From: Candidatus Latescibacterota bacterium
GTDB lineage: Bacteria; Latescibacterota; UBA2968; UBA8231
Length of the DNA stretch: 64,000 nucleotides
Assembly (NCBI GenBank): GCA_965248265.1
Contig: CBDFJF010000001.1
Location: 2,752,001 to 2,816,000, forward strand
Reading direction: 5' to 3'
This document shows positions 8,357-17,653 of the stretch, one piece after another (the first letter of the stretch is position 1; every line of letters begins with the position of its first letter). A program made the translations under genes and the position numbers. The notes beneath the pieces were generated by a model. It worked only from the letters and a program-made list of their open reading frames with translations. It was not told the origin of the DNA and did no database searches.

Positions 8357-11300
8357 TTATCGAATAAGGGCCATTTTTCGCGTTTTGATCACTTCACCAG
8401 CCTGGAGGCTGTAGAGATAAACTCCGCCAGCCACTTCATATCCTGAATTGTTACGTCCATCCCAGGTCATGGTGTAGGATCCCGTTTGTTGATAGTCGAA
8501 GACCAGGGTGCGAACTGTCTGTCCAAGCAGATCGTACACGATCAACTCAACGAAGGATTCTTCCGGCAGGTTGTATCGGATCTGCGTTTCAGGGTTGAAC
8601 GGGTTGGGCCAATTTTGCCAAAGGGTGTAGCTACTGGGCAGTACGAAAGCGGCCGGGTTATCAACCACGTCTATTGTCGTTGTGCCTCCGTTGAAGGATA
8701 CCTCCTCGAACTCGAAAGGCTGGCTTCCCGGCCTGGCATTCGGCAGAGGTTCGATCGGAATCGTCAATATGGCGGCTGAACCTTCTGAACTGGACTCAGC
8801 TCCAGCAAAGGCGATCATCAATCTACCATCGACTACATTGCTGGCCACGAGAAAGTCCGATGTTTCATCGGTTGTCGAGACCTTTCCGACTTCGTACTGC
8901 GAAGAATCGAATCCCAGCGTCATACTCCCCGCATACAGGCCATCTACCTCCGAAACCACGATCGGTACGGATATACCCAGGGCGGAGGTTTCGGGTGGAC
9001 CCAGCGCCAGACTACGGGCATCGGGGACCACCTTGTAGGGATGCGGGTTGGGAACGTTGTTAGGCGACTCCTGGACCGGAAACAACAGAGAGGGGTCATT
9101 GATGTCGGGCGGCAACTCGACAACGAACCGTAGAATCTGAGATGCATCGTCTGGAATGGGGTCTGGATAGCCGACCGCGCTCGGATTCACGTCCCCGACG
9201 AGCAACTGGTAGCCGTCGAGGGGCGGGACCAGTAGCCCCACGACGTCAGACAAAATCAACGAGGCGTCCAGTGAACTGACCGTCCCGCTCTTACTCGTGT
9301 CACCCCAAAGAACGCCGAAGCTATTGGCGATCAGCTCAATGGGCTCGCCTTGCGCCGCGATATCGTCGTAGCGCACCTCGATTGGATCCGTGTCGCCGAT
9401 CTGTAGAATTCCATCGTTCGCCGGCAATCCCGGAAGTGTCGGCATCCCTGGATTCGGTACGCCGGGGTTTATTTCGAAGATTCCGCTGTCCACATCTGTT
9501 TCTGTCAGCGTAACGGTTTCGATGTCCAAGTTAGTCATATTCTCGACTTCAACGTCGACCTCGTCGGGGCCGCCGGTCGTGTTGTGATCGGCATCAACGA
9601 GCCGAATGCGAAAACCTTCGCCTGCCTGCACGCCCTGACTGACGGTCAGTACGCCCGTGACCCCGTTCGCGAAAATGATCTCACCACCTGGGGCGGGATT
9701 TACGATGGTGTTCGCTTCACCCTCCGTATTGAGTGCATCGTCATATTCGGCCGTAACTGAATCACCGGCCTTGACACCAAACACGGTGTCGCCCGGGTTG
9801 CCCACAGTGCCCGGATCGAAGGTGGTCACGATCGAGCCCGCGAAGTTACCCAGATTCAGCGGGTCTTCGGTCAGTATCACATCCTCGACGTCATTGGGTG
9901 TCACTGAGGTGTTGACGATGCGGACCGTCACCGAGCCCTGCGTCTCCAGATCGTGATCCTCCAGAGCCACATCGATCGTCACACCCGGATATGCGGGAAC
10001 AGACTGCGGCGTGATGCTCAATACACCCGTGTCACCGCCGCCGATGGTGATCTCACCACCGGGTGCCGGATTCACCAAGGTGTTCGCTTCACCCTCCGTG
10101 TTGAGTGCATCGTCATATTCGGCCGTGACTGAATCACCGGCCTTGACGCCAAACACGGTGTCGCCCGGGTTGCCCACAGTGCCCGGATCGAAGGTGGTCA
10201 CGATCGAGCCCGCGAAGTTACCCAGATTCAGCGGGTCTTCGGTCAGTATCACATCCTCGACGTCATTAGGTGTCACTGAGGTGTTGACGATGCGGACCGT
10301 CACCGAGCCCTGCGTCTCCAGATCGTGATCCTCCAAAGCCACATCGATCGTCACACCCGGATTTGCGGGAACAGACTGCGGCGTGATGCTCAATACACCC
10401 GTGTCACCGCCGCCGATGGTGATCTCACCACCGGGTGCCGGATTCACCAAGGTGTTCGCTTCACCCTCCGTGTTGAGTGCATCGTCATATTCGGCCGTAA
10501 CTGAATCACCGGCCTTGACGCCAAACACGGTGTCGCCCGGGTTGCCCACAGTGCCCGGATCGAAGGTGGTCACGATCGAGCCCGCGAAGTTACCCAGATT
10601 CAGCGGGTCTTCGGTCAGTATCACATCCTCGACGTCATTGGGTGTCACTGAGGTGTTGACGATGCGGACCGTCACCGAGCCCTGCGTCTCCAGATCATGA
10701 TCCTCCAGAGTCACATCGATCGTCACACCTGGATTTGCGGGAACAGACTGCGGTGTGATGCTCAATACACCCGTGTCACCGCCGCCGATGGTGATCTCAC
10801 CACCGGGTGCCGGATTCACCAAGGTGTTCGCTTCACCCTCCGTGTTGAGTGCATCGTCATACTCGGCCGTGACTGAGTCACCGGCCTTGACGCCAAACAC
10901 GGTGTCGCCCGGGTTGCCCACAGTGCCCGGATCGAAGGTGGTCACGATCGAGCCCGCGAAGTTACCCAGATTCAGCGGGTCTTCGGTCAGTATCACATCC
11001 TCGACGTCATTGGGTGTCACTGAGGTGTTGACGATGCGGACCGTCACCGAGCCCTGCGTCTCCAGATCGTGATCCTCCAAAGCCACATCGATCGTCACAC
11101 CCGGATTTGCGGGAACAGACTGCGGCGTAATGCTCAATACACCGGTGCTGCCACCCAGCGAAATCGACCCGTCTGTCGCATTGACGGAGACCAGAGCCTC
11201 ATTCAATTCGGCGACGTCAAAGGTGATCGCCGTCGACACCGGAACGGAGGTGTCTTCGGTCGTGAACTGGATTATCAGCAGGTCAGCCGGAGTCGAAATA

Positions 11301-11692
11301 TCCCCGAGTGCAGTCGAGCTGGCTGCAGAGATACGCAGTTCGTCGACGGTAGTAAGTGGAACGTCGACGACGTTGGCCGCCGTGAACCAAGTCGCGATTT
11401 CCGTTCCCGCCGTGATGATCGGCAGTTGAGGCTGTGCCACCGCGCTGTCGTAGGTGATCACGAGATCAACACTGGTGACATTGTCCAAAGCCAGAACGCC
11501 GTCGATGAGGATCGGCAGATCGGTCGAGTTATCGCCAGGGAGGACGGTCTGGTTCTTCGCGAATACCACGTCGGGCACAGACAGATCAACGGCCTGCGCG
11601 AAGGTCCCGGTCAGCAAGATGCCAGCGATGATCAGCGGCAGTGAAATTCGAAGCCGAGGGACCTGGCTCTGAGTAGATGCCCTCGTATTCAT
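8357..11692 (-). CDS. Secreted protein: cohesin, 4 near-identical 124-aa Ig-like repeats plus 1 divergent copy, dockerin, cohesin, FlgD-Ig tail
   Basis: AGGAGA RBS; signal peptide; dockerin GDTSKSGTVSSLDASLIL...DDASQILRFVV; C-terminal cohesin (VPIVV..GFDSSQYEV..GRLMIAFAG); QNWPNPFNPETQI tail. Confidence 0.85.
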   Translation of the reverse strand: MNTRASTQSQVPRLRISLPLIIAGILLTGTFAQAVDLSVPDVVFAKNQTVLPGDNSTDLPILIDGVLALDNVTSVDLVITYDSAVAQPQLPIITAGTEIATWFTAANVVDVPLTTVDELRISAASSTALGDISTPADLLIIQFTTEDTSVPVSTAITFDVAELNEALVSVNATDGSISLGGSTGVLSITPQSVPANPGVTIDVALEDHDLETQGSVTVRIVNTSVTPNDVEDVILTEDPLNLGNFAGSIVTTFDPGTVGNPGDTVFGVKAGDSVTAEYDDALNTEGEANTLVNPAPGGEITIGGGDTGVLSITPQSVPANPGVTIDVTLEDHDLETQGSVTVRIVNTSVTPNDVEDVILTEDPLNLGNFAGSIVTTFDPGTVGNPGDTVFGVKAGDSVTAEYDDALNTEGEANTLVNPAPGGEITIGGGDTGVLSITPQSVPANPGVTIDVALEDHDLETQGSVTVRIVNTSVTPNDVEDVILTEDPLNLGNFAGSIVTTFDPGTVGNPGDTVFGVKAGDSVTAEYDDALNTEGEANTLVNPAPGGEITIGGGDTGVLSITPQSVPAYPGVTIDVALEDHDLETQGSVTVRIVNTSVTPNDVEDVILTEDPLNLGNFAGSIVTTFDPGTVGNPGDTVFGVKAGDSVTAEYDDALNTEGEANTIVNPAPGGEIIFANGVTGVLTVSQGVQAGEGFRIRLVDADHNTTGGPDEVDVEVENMTNLDIETVTLTETDVDSGIFEINPGVPNPGMPTLPGLPANDGILQIGDTDPIEVRYDDIAAQGEPIELIANSFGVLWGDTSKSGTVSSLDASLILSDVVGLLVPPLDGYQLLVGDVNPSAVGYPDPIPDDASQILRFVVELPPDINDPSLLFPVQESPNNVPNPHPYKVVPDARSLALGPPETSALGISVPIVVSEVDGLYAGSMTLGFDSSQYEVGKVSTTDETSDFLVASNVVDGRLMIAFAGAESSSEGSAAILTIPIEPLPNARPGSQPFEFEEVSFNGGTTTIDVVDNPAAFVLPSSYTLWQNWPNPFNPETQIRYNLPEESFVELIVYDLLGQTVRTLVFDYQQTGSYTMTWDGRNNSGYEVAGGVYLYSLQAGEVIKTRKMALIR
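9659..11146 (-). repeat. Intragenic tandem array, 4 x 372 bp (124 aa)
   Basis: Unit TGVLSITPQSVPANPG...EITIGGGD occurs four times. Identical antisense ORFs at 10011, 10383 and 10755 give the 372-bp period. Confidence 0.95.
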
Positions 11693-11870
11693 AATACGTC
11701 TCCTAGGGGAAAGGGACGAAAACCATCATTTTTGTCCAAAGGTCGTTTTCGACTCCTACGCTAATGAATTAACGATACTTGTTGTGCCGCAGCAAGTTGT
11801 GAATCAGTGGCCGGTACCCGCCAAGAGCATGTTCCACCGAAGTCGCCACGTTAATCTATATTATATAGAC

Positions 11871-11885
11871 GCAATAATCGTACCC
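11871..11885 (-). promoter_or_regulatory. Sigma-54 (-24/-12) promoter for the cohesin/dockerin operon
   Basis: Minus strand GGGTACG-ATTA-TTGC versus consensus TGGCACG-N4-TTGC with exact GG-N10-GC spacing. It lies ~180 bp upstream of the 11692 start and next to a sigma-54 activator gene. Confidence 0.75.
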
Positions 11886-12014
11886 ATAACTGGTTCGTTT
11901 TGTCCGTTTTCGGCAAATGGACCTATCTCAGTGTACCACAATTACTTAAGAACATTGACAGATTGCACTCGGTGGCTTCAGTCCGTCAAATGCGGCTGAC
12001 GAGAGGGCTATTTA

Positions 12015-12029
12015 CCCCATATTTTGGGG
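12015..12029. promoter_or_regulatory. Candidate upstream activator site (palindrome CCCCA-N5-TGGGG)
   Basis: Perfect inverted repeat ~130-145 bp upstream of the -24 element, the usual enhancer distance. Confidence 0.35.
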
Positions 12030-12140
12030 CATATACCCACCGGCTCACACTCCTTGTTGGTTGATCTGTGTCTGTCGCTGGATCGAACCTGGTTTGTGGT
12101 TCGAGGCGAAAAAGACGAGAAGTGCTCGGGATCCCTCGGC

Positions 12141-13166
12141 TCAGGCAGCCGGGACGCCCTCGGAGGCCAACCCGTGTTTGCTGATCCGATAGCGAAGAGT
12201 GTCGCGGCTGACCTGTAGAAGCTCAGCCGCTCGCGTGACGTTTCTGCCCGATTTCTCCAGAGCCGCGCGAATCAGTTCCCGCTCCACGGCTTCCAGAGCC
12301 AGGCCCTGAGGGGGGAATTCGACTGCAATGGCCCCTTGATCGTCCAGGCGAATTGCACTGCTCGCGGATGGTGAGGTCGTGACCGCTCCTGCGTAGTTGC
12401 GCCTGTCTATGATCAAGTCGTCTGCCCTGATCACTGTGCGGTCGGTCATCAGCACCGCTCGCTCGATGACGTGGCGCAGTTCGCGAACATTGCCTGGCCA
12501 GGAGTAGGCACTCAAGAGAAGCTGGGCGCTTTCACCCAATCGGCGAGCTCCAGTGCCGTGTATCCTGGTGTATTCAGCCAGGACGTGGTCGGCTATCAGG
12601 CGAACATCTTCTCCTCGCGTCCGTAGTGGAGGAGCCTCGATCGGCACCACGTTCAAGCGATGATAGAGATCATCCCGGAAACGCCCGTCTTGCACCGCCG
12701 ATTCCAGATCTTCGTTTGTCGCTGCCAGAAACCGCACGTCCACCTGAATCTCAACAGTGCCGCCGACCCGACGAAATCGCTGGGTCTCGAGAACGTTGAG
12801 TATTTTTGCCTGCAATTCGAGTGGCATGAGGCCGATTTCATCCAGTAACACGGTGCCGCCACCGGCAATCTCCAACAGACCCTTCTTGGAGGTGCTGGCA
12901 TCGGTAAAGGCTCCGCGCTCATGCCCGAACAGCTCGGATTCCATCAGGTTGGCTGGGATGTTGGTGCAGTCGACGGTTACGAAGGCGTTGTCACTCCGGT
13001 TGCTGAGCTGGTGTATCGCACGGGCGATAAGCTCTTTGCCGGTGCCGCTTTCACCCCGAATGAGTAGGGTTGCTCTGGTGTGTGCCACGCGCTCGACCAG
13101 CCGAGACAGATCGTGCATGACCGCGCTCTGGCCGACAACACCCTCTGTTTCAAGTGCCGATGACAT
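12141..13166 (-). CDS. Sigma-54-dependent enhancer-binding protein (AAA+ and Fis HTH), no N-terminal sensor domain
   Basis: Walker A GESGTGKE, ESELFGHERGAFTDA, Walker B LLDEIG, WPGNVREL, C-terminal NVTRAAELLQVSRDTLRYR. Start set at MSSALE (13166). Confidence 0.9.
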   Translation of the reverse strand: MSSALETEGVVGQSAVMHDLSRLVERVAHTRATLLIRGESGTGKELIARAIHQLSNRSDNAFVTVDCTNIPANLMESELFGHERGAFTDASTSKKGLLEIAGGGTVLLDEIGLMPLELQAKILNVLETQRFRRVGGTVEIQVDVRFLAATNEDLESAVQDGRFRDDLYHRLNVVPIEAPPLRTRGEDVRLIADHVLAEYTRIHGTGARRLGESAQLLLSAYSWPGNVRELRHVIERAVLMTDRTVIRADDLIIDRRNYAGAVTTSPSASSAIRLDDQGAIAVEFPPQGLALEAVERELIRAALEKSGRNVTRAAELLQVSRDTLRYRISKHGLASEGVPAA

Positions 13167-13405
13167 GCTGTACGCTGAGCCCTCCTTGTGTCCGCATTGG
13201 GTGAATTCCCCCATCCGCACCGTGGAAAAAGCGCATGAGAGAAGTGCCAGTAATATAACTACTTATGACAGACCTCCCAGCGTTCCGTATGCACACCGAG
13301 GGCGCTATTGGGGGATGGGGTGAGCTGGGCGTGGTGAATGGACGAGATTTTGCGGATGGCTCAGTGCAGGCGCAGGGTGGCGTGCGTAGATTCACAATTG
13401 GCCGG

Positions 13406-13663
13406 TCAGTCCAACATGCCTCGTTCTCGCATCCATTCCTCAACCTCATCACCACCGACGTCGGCCAGCATTTGACCTGCCACTTCGACGCACGGTGATG
13501 AGTACTGGCCGCTTTTGGCAACCATTTCTTCGTAGTCGGTGTGGTTCTTCGTTATGTCTCGGTACTCAAACGAGAGCTTGCGACTTTCGAGGAAGTGGAC
13601 GACACCCCGCGTCCAGGGACAGTAGGGGTCCAGATAGGCGATTATCTTGATAGGATCTGTCAT
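13406..13663 (-). CDS. Glutaredoxin-like protein (monothiol CPWT)
   Basis: IIAYLDPYCPWT...EMVAKSGQYSSPCVEVAG; start trimmed to MTDPIK. Confidence 0.8.
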   Translation of the reverse strand: MTDPIKIIAYLDPYCPWTRGVVHFLESRKLSFEYRDITKNHTDYEEMVAKSGQYSSPCVEVAGQMLADVGGDEVEEWMRERGMLD

Positions 13664-13756
13664 AGCAGCGGCTCGTGTTGTCGATCTGTCGTGGTCGTTA
13701 GATGGTGGTTCGTGCATGTTGGATTCGGCTGCACATCGACTGGTTGCCAGCTCCTG

Positions 13757-14635
13757 ATGTTCGAGTTCTACGCACTGGCCTGCGCCTTCCTTTGGTCCAT
13801 CAGCAGCTTCATTGTGCGCACGCAAGCCGCGACCATGACCCCTGCCCTCATGAACGCCATTCGGTGTTCCGCCGCCGGGATCGTGTTCTGGGTATTGCTA
13901 CCCTTTAACGCTTCGGCTGCCGATTTCGCTGCCGTTTCGCTGCCTCTTGGCGCGCTTCTGATAGGCTCCATCGTGGTAAATATAGTCCTCGGTGACACCC
14001 TCAGTTTGATGTCCATCCGCGCCATTGGCCTGTCCCGGTCGATGCCTCTGGCCAGCACATTTCCAGTCACCACCATCATTACCGAATACCTCTTGCTGGG
14101 AGAGGCTGCTGGACCGGATCTGATCATAGCGGCCGGTCTCATCGTATTGGGTACGTATTTTCTGTCCCGATCCAGGAAGGGAGCACAAGGCTCTGGAAAC
14201 CTGTCAGCACGGGAGTTGCGTCTTGGCGTCGGTTTCGCGCTGGGGGCATCGGTGATGTGGGGCCTCGGCACGGTCCTGCTGAAGCCGGTACTGGAGGAAG
14301 TGAGTATTCTCGTCACCAATTCCATTCGCATGCCGGCCGCCGTCGCCCTGCTGATCCTGGTGAGAATCATCCCCTCAGAACGCCGCCACCTGCACAAAAT
14401 AACCGCGCGAAGCGTGGTTTTCCTGGTGGCCAGCGGGCTGATCGGTATGGCACTGGGTTCGTACCTGTTCCTGGCGGCTCTCCAGGGACTCGAGGCGTCA
14501 AGGGTCGTGACCTTGTTGGCGGTCTCGCCACTGTTCGGCATGCTGCTGAGCGTGCTCTTTTTGAAAGAAAAGGTGGGACTGAGTGTGATCGCGGGTATGG
14601 TCTTGTGTTTCGCCGGCGTCGTGGTCGCGTTCTAG
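13757..14635 (+). CDS. DMT/EamA family transporter
   Basis: ~10 hydrophobic segments in two EamA-like halves (SPLFGMLLSVLFLKEKV); start trimmed to MFEFYA. Confidence 0.85.
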   Translation: MFEFYALACAFLWSISSFIVRTQAATMTPALMNAIRCSAAGIVFWVLLPFNASAADFAAVSLPLGALLIGSIVVNIVLGDTLSLMSIRAIGLSRSMPLASTFPVTTIITEYLLLGEAAGPDLIIAAGLIVLGTYFLSRSRKGAQGSGNLSARELRLGVGFALGASVMWGLGTVLLKPVLEEVSILVTNSIRMPAAVALLILVRIIPSERRHLHKITARSVVFLVASGLIGMALGSYLFLAALQGLEASRVVTLLAVSPLFGMLLSVLFLKEKVGLSVIAGMVLCFAGVVVAF

Positions 14636-14659
14636 GCTGTCCTTCGTATTACATCCGTA

Positions 14660-15643
14660 TTACACCGTTTTGTAGCGGCAGGGCGAGCTCCCGGGATTCG
14701 CCTGGTTGATGATGCCGAAGCTCTCCATGCGCGCCAGATGTCCCGAAAAGATGTAACAGCATTCAATATTTGCCTGCTCCGGCCAATCGCCAAGCGCGGG
14801 GCCGACCTGCTCGCACAACTCCCGCATGGAGACACCATCGCTACCGGAGCGCTCGATCGCCTCTAGCAGCAAGCGGTCGGCCTGCTCGACCAGGGTTCGT
14901 GATTCGTCGCAGAACGTGGCGATCTCCTCCTGACCACGCGCCAGCGGCCAGTGACAGGTCGTGAACAGATCAAGGCCGAGATTTTCGATGAGTCGGATGG
15001 TATCCAGATAGGGTTCGACGTAGAGGTACGTCGGCGGCATCACAGCCTTGCCAGCGAGGTCCGGAATCGATGCGCCGTGAATAGCATCAGCCCCGTACAG
15101 GGCCTTGTTCTTCGGGTCCAGAATGGCCAGGTGCCCCCTGCTGTGTCCGGGTGTATGGATGAGCTCCACCTGCCAGTCGGGCGACAGCCGCAACCGCTCT
15201 CCACCGCGAAAGCTGATGTCCACTGGCTGTGGTTGACCAGCCGCATCCGCCATCCATGCTGTCACCGCCTCATCGTAGAACACGCCGTGGCGCTCACGAT
15301 AGGCGTCGTAGCGGCGACTCAACAAGGCATTGGGTGATTCCACCTGGTCGAGGTCCGCATGGCCACAACCCAGCATGGCCTGCGGGGCCGATTTCTTCAT
15401 ACCATGATTACCTCCCACATGATCCAGATCGCAGTGACTGATCACGATCCAGGAGAGATCTCCGGCGGCGAGACCGACCTCCGACAGGGCCGGCAGGATC
15501 AGTCCATCGACATCCGCGGCACAGCCAGTATCGAGAAGGACCGACGCATCTTCTCCGACGAGCAGAGTCAACCTCAACAGGCGGCCCCCTATCTCACCTT
15601 CGATGGTGTGAACACCTTCGAACAATGTGTTGGTCAATGACAT
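14660..15643 (-). CDS. Metallo-beta-lactamase-fold hydrolase
   Basis: LLDTG, SHCDLDHVGG, HTPGHSRGH, YGADA motifs; AGGAGA RBS before MSLTNT. Confidence 0.85.
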   Translation of the reverse strand: MSLTNTLFEGVHTIEGEIGGRLLRLTLLVGEDASVLLDTGCAADVDGLILPALSEVGLAAGDLSWIVISHCDLDHVGGNHGMKKSAPQAMLGCGHADLDQVESPNALLSRRYDAYRERHGVFYDEAVTAWMADAAGQPQPVDISFRGGERLRLSPDWQVELIHTPGHSRGHLAILDPKNKALYGADAIHGASIPDLAGKAVMPPTYLYVEPYLDTIRLIENLGLDLFTTCHWPLARGQEEIATFCDESRTLVEQADRLLLEAIERSGSDGVSMRELCEQVGPALGDWPEQANIECCYIFSGHLARMESFGIINQANPGSSPCRYKTV

Positions 15644-15720
15644 TACTAAACTCTCCTGTAACAAGCTGCGGAGGAACGGTTCCGCCGCCGTGATTGTCTG
15701 CCACCGTTATGATTGTTGTT

Positions 15721-16779
15721 TCAGATAAACGGGGATCTGGCCGGCAGTTCGTCCTCTATTCCCGGCATGCCCAGCTCTTCCAGCACCAACCGGCGAATCT
15801 GCGTCAACTCCTGTTGCCCTTGCGGCACCAGAGTCGGTAACAACAGCCGTGGCATGTGATTGCGTAGCCATTGGTCCACGAATTCAACAGGTACCTCGAG
15901 TCGCCGGCACGGCCACACCATCTTGTCCGCCACCAGACGCGTGCGTTCCATCAGGCCAAAGCTGGACACCGGTTGTTCGTTCATGGCCGATCGCGCCACT
16001 ACGGCCAGGCGCGCTCCACCCAGGATCGCTTCCACCGACATGACCGCCTCGCAGCCGTGGCGAAAGTAGGCATCCTCGCTGACACCACAAAAATGCGGTT
16101 GCTCGGCGAACACGGCCTGTGCTGTCGAACGGCTGAAGAGCTTGAACCCCGAATGAAAATCGGGGAACTCCTCGATGGCGGTCGTGTACTCGAGCGCCAG
16201 CGGCTTTGCGCGGATCGCGGCATCGAAGTGCAACGCATCCAGCAACACGCGGTCGGCGATCTCCTCCATCTCACCCCGCAGGAATCCGAGAGGCCGGTGA
16301 CGTGACCGCCGGCTCCCGAGGACGAAGACCTCGGCATCCTGTTCCTGTGCTCTCAGCAGCAGAGCACACCGCAACATGGTCTGGAGCTCGTACGGAAAGT
16401 GATCACCATCGGCGTCGACGACAGCGAAGTACTGCAACTGGGACTGCAACAGGGGCCGCGACAGCAAGTGTTGCATGCCGTGACGCAGTGCCCACAGCTT
16501 GCCTCGATTGGAATCGGCGACGATGACGCTGACGCCGAGCCTGGCGCCGAGGTCGGCGGCGACGTCAGCGCCGTGCTGCTCGCCGTCGACGCTCAAGCAA
16601 ACGCTCTCAGGGCTGCCGACGCTCTCCAGACACGAGTGCACGGTGTCCCGTAGCAATTCCACCGCGATGTCATCTCTACCCCCTTCGCTATCCGGAAAGA
16701 AAACGGGAATAACAATGCCCGTTTCTGCGTTGAGGGCTGCTGCTCCCGCTGTGGCGGATCCTGTCAGCTCATTGGACAT
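15721..16779 (-). CDS. GT2-like (GT-A fold) glycosyltransferase
   Basis: IVIPVF, NRGKLWALRHG, VVDADGDH (DxD), VLGSR, DFHSGFKLFSR. Confidence 0.7.
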   Translation of the reverse strand: MSNELTGSATAGAAALNAETGIVIPVFFPDSEGGRDDIAVELLRDTVHSCLESVGSPESVCLSVDGEQHGADVAADLGARLGVSVIVADSNRGKLWALRHGMQHLLSRPLLQSQLQYFAVVDADGDHFPYELQTMLRCALLLRAQEQDAEVFVLGSRRSRHRPLGFLRGEMEEIADRVLLDALHFDAAIRAKPLALEYTTAIEEFPDFHSGFKLFSRSTAQAVFAEQPHFCGVSEDAYFRHGCEAVMSVEAILGGARLAVVARSAMNEQPVSSFGLMERTRLVADKMVWPCRRLEVPVEFVDQWLRNHMPRLLLPTLVPQGQQELTQIRRLVLEELGMPGIEDELPARSPFI

Positions 16780-16900
16780 GACGTCTCCGGAAATAGTCAG
16801 GGGCCAACACTTTTGGTTGACGGTCCCTCCGGCAAACCTTATTTATTCGATTGTGACCGACGTTATCGTCTAACACCGATTTCCTACCCTGTGTCGAGCC

Positions 16901-17647
16901 TTGTCAGAATCAGCAAAAGCTGCAGATCAAAACGTTGACCTGAGCACTGAGGGTCCAATTCTGATCGTCGACGACGATCCGGCCCTGCTGCGGCTGTGTG
17001 ATCGGGTCCTGTCTACCAAAGGCTATTCCGTGCGCACCGCCGGCAATGGAGAAGAGGCGTTGCGTATGGTGGATGAGGAGGAATTCCGCGTCGTCCTGCT
17101 CGACCTCAAGATGCCGGGAATGGACGGCATTCAAGTCCTGGCGCGGCTCAAATCAGTCGGCTGCCGCGCCGACGTCGTCATGGTCACGGGATACGGAAAC
17201 GTGCCAACGGCGGTGGAGGCGATGAAAATGGGCGCCTCCGACTTCATCGAAAAACCGTTCAAACCGGATGATCTCCGAGCGATGATCGAGGACATCCTGC
17301 TGCGTCGGCTCCGCGACAGCGACCTCTTCGACGACCCGGTCGTCGCCTACATTCAACAGCACGCAACCGAGATCAGCTCCCGAAAGGATGTTGCCATGCG
17401 GCTGGGCGTCAGTCTCGAACGCGTTTCCAGTCATGTTCAGGAAGCCACCAGTCAGTCATTCCGTCAGTTCCTGCATTCCTGTCGACTTGACCTGGCCAAG
17501 AAACTACTGGAGACGACGCAACTCGATATTTCCGAGATCTCCGAACGCACCGGCTTCCAGACCGTACAGCACTTCAGCCGCGTCTTCAGCCGGCGCTCCG
17601 GTATTTCGCCGAAAAACTACCGCCTGCAGGCACGCGCCCAGAACTGA
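16901..17647 (+). CDS. Response regulator, REC plus AraC-type HTH
   Basis: ILIVDDD, LLDLKMPGMDG, KPF; C-terminal ISEISERTGFQTVQHFSRVF...SPKNYR. Confidence 0.9.
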   Translation: MSESAKAADQNVDLSTEGPILIVDDDPALLRLCDRVLSTKGYSVRTAGNGEEALRMVDEEEFRVVLLDLKMPGMDGIQVLARLKSVGCRADVVMVTGYGNVPTAVEAMKMGASDFIEKPFKPDDLRAMIEDILLRRLRDSDLFDDPVVAYIQQHATEISSRKDVAMRLGVSLERVSSHVQEATSQSFRQFLHSCRLDLAKKLLETTQLDISEISERTGFQTVQHFSRVFSRRSGISPKNYRLQARAQN

Positions 17648-17653
17648 TTCCGC

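Noticed and set aside
9659-11146. Repeat array as CRISPR or mobile repeat
   Set aside because: In-frame 372-bp coding units with no spacers and no cas genes
864-11644. Many long plus-strand ORFs (e.g. 864-2186, 4254-5213, 5415-6605, 10011-10328)
   Set aside because: Antisense shadows of GC-rich minus-strand genes; no motifs or RBS
819-11692. Classical cellulosome
   Set aside because: No recognisable GH, CBM3 or SLH modules and no poly-cohesin scaffoldin; each protein carries both cohesin and dockerin
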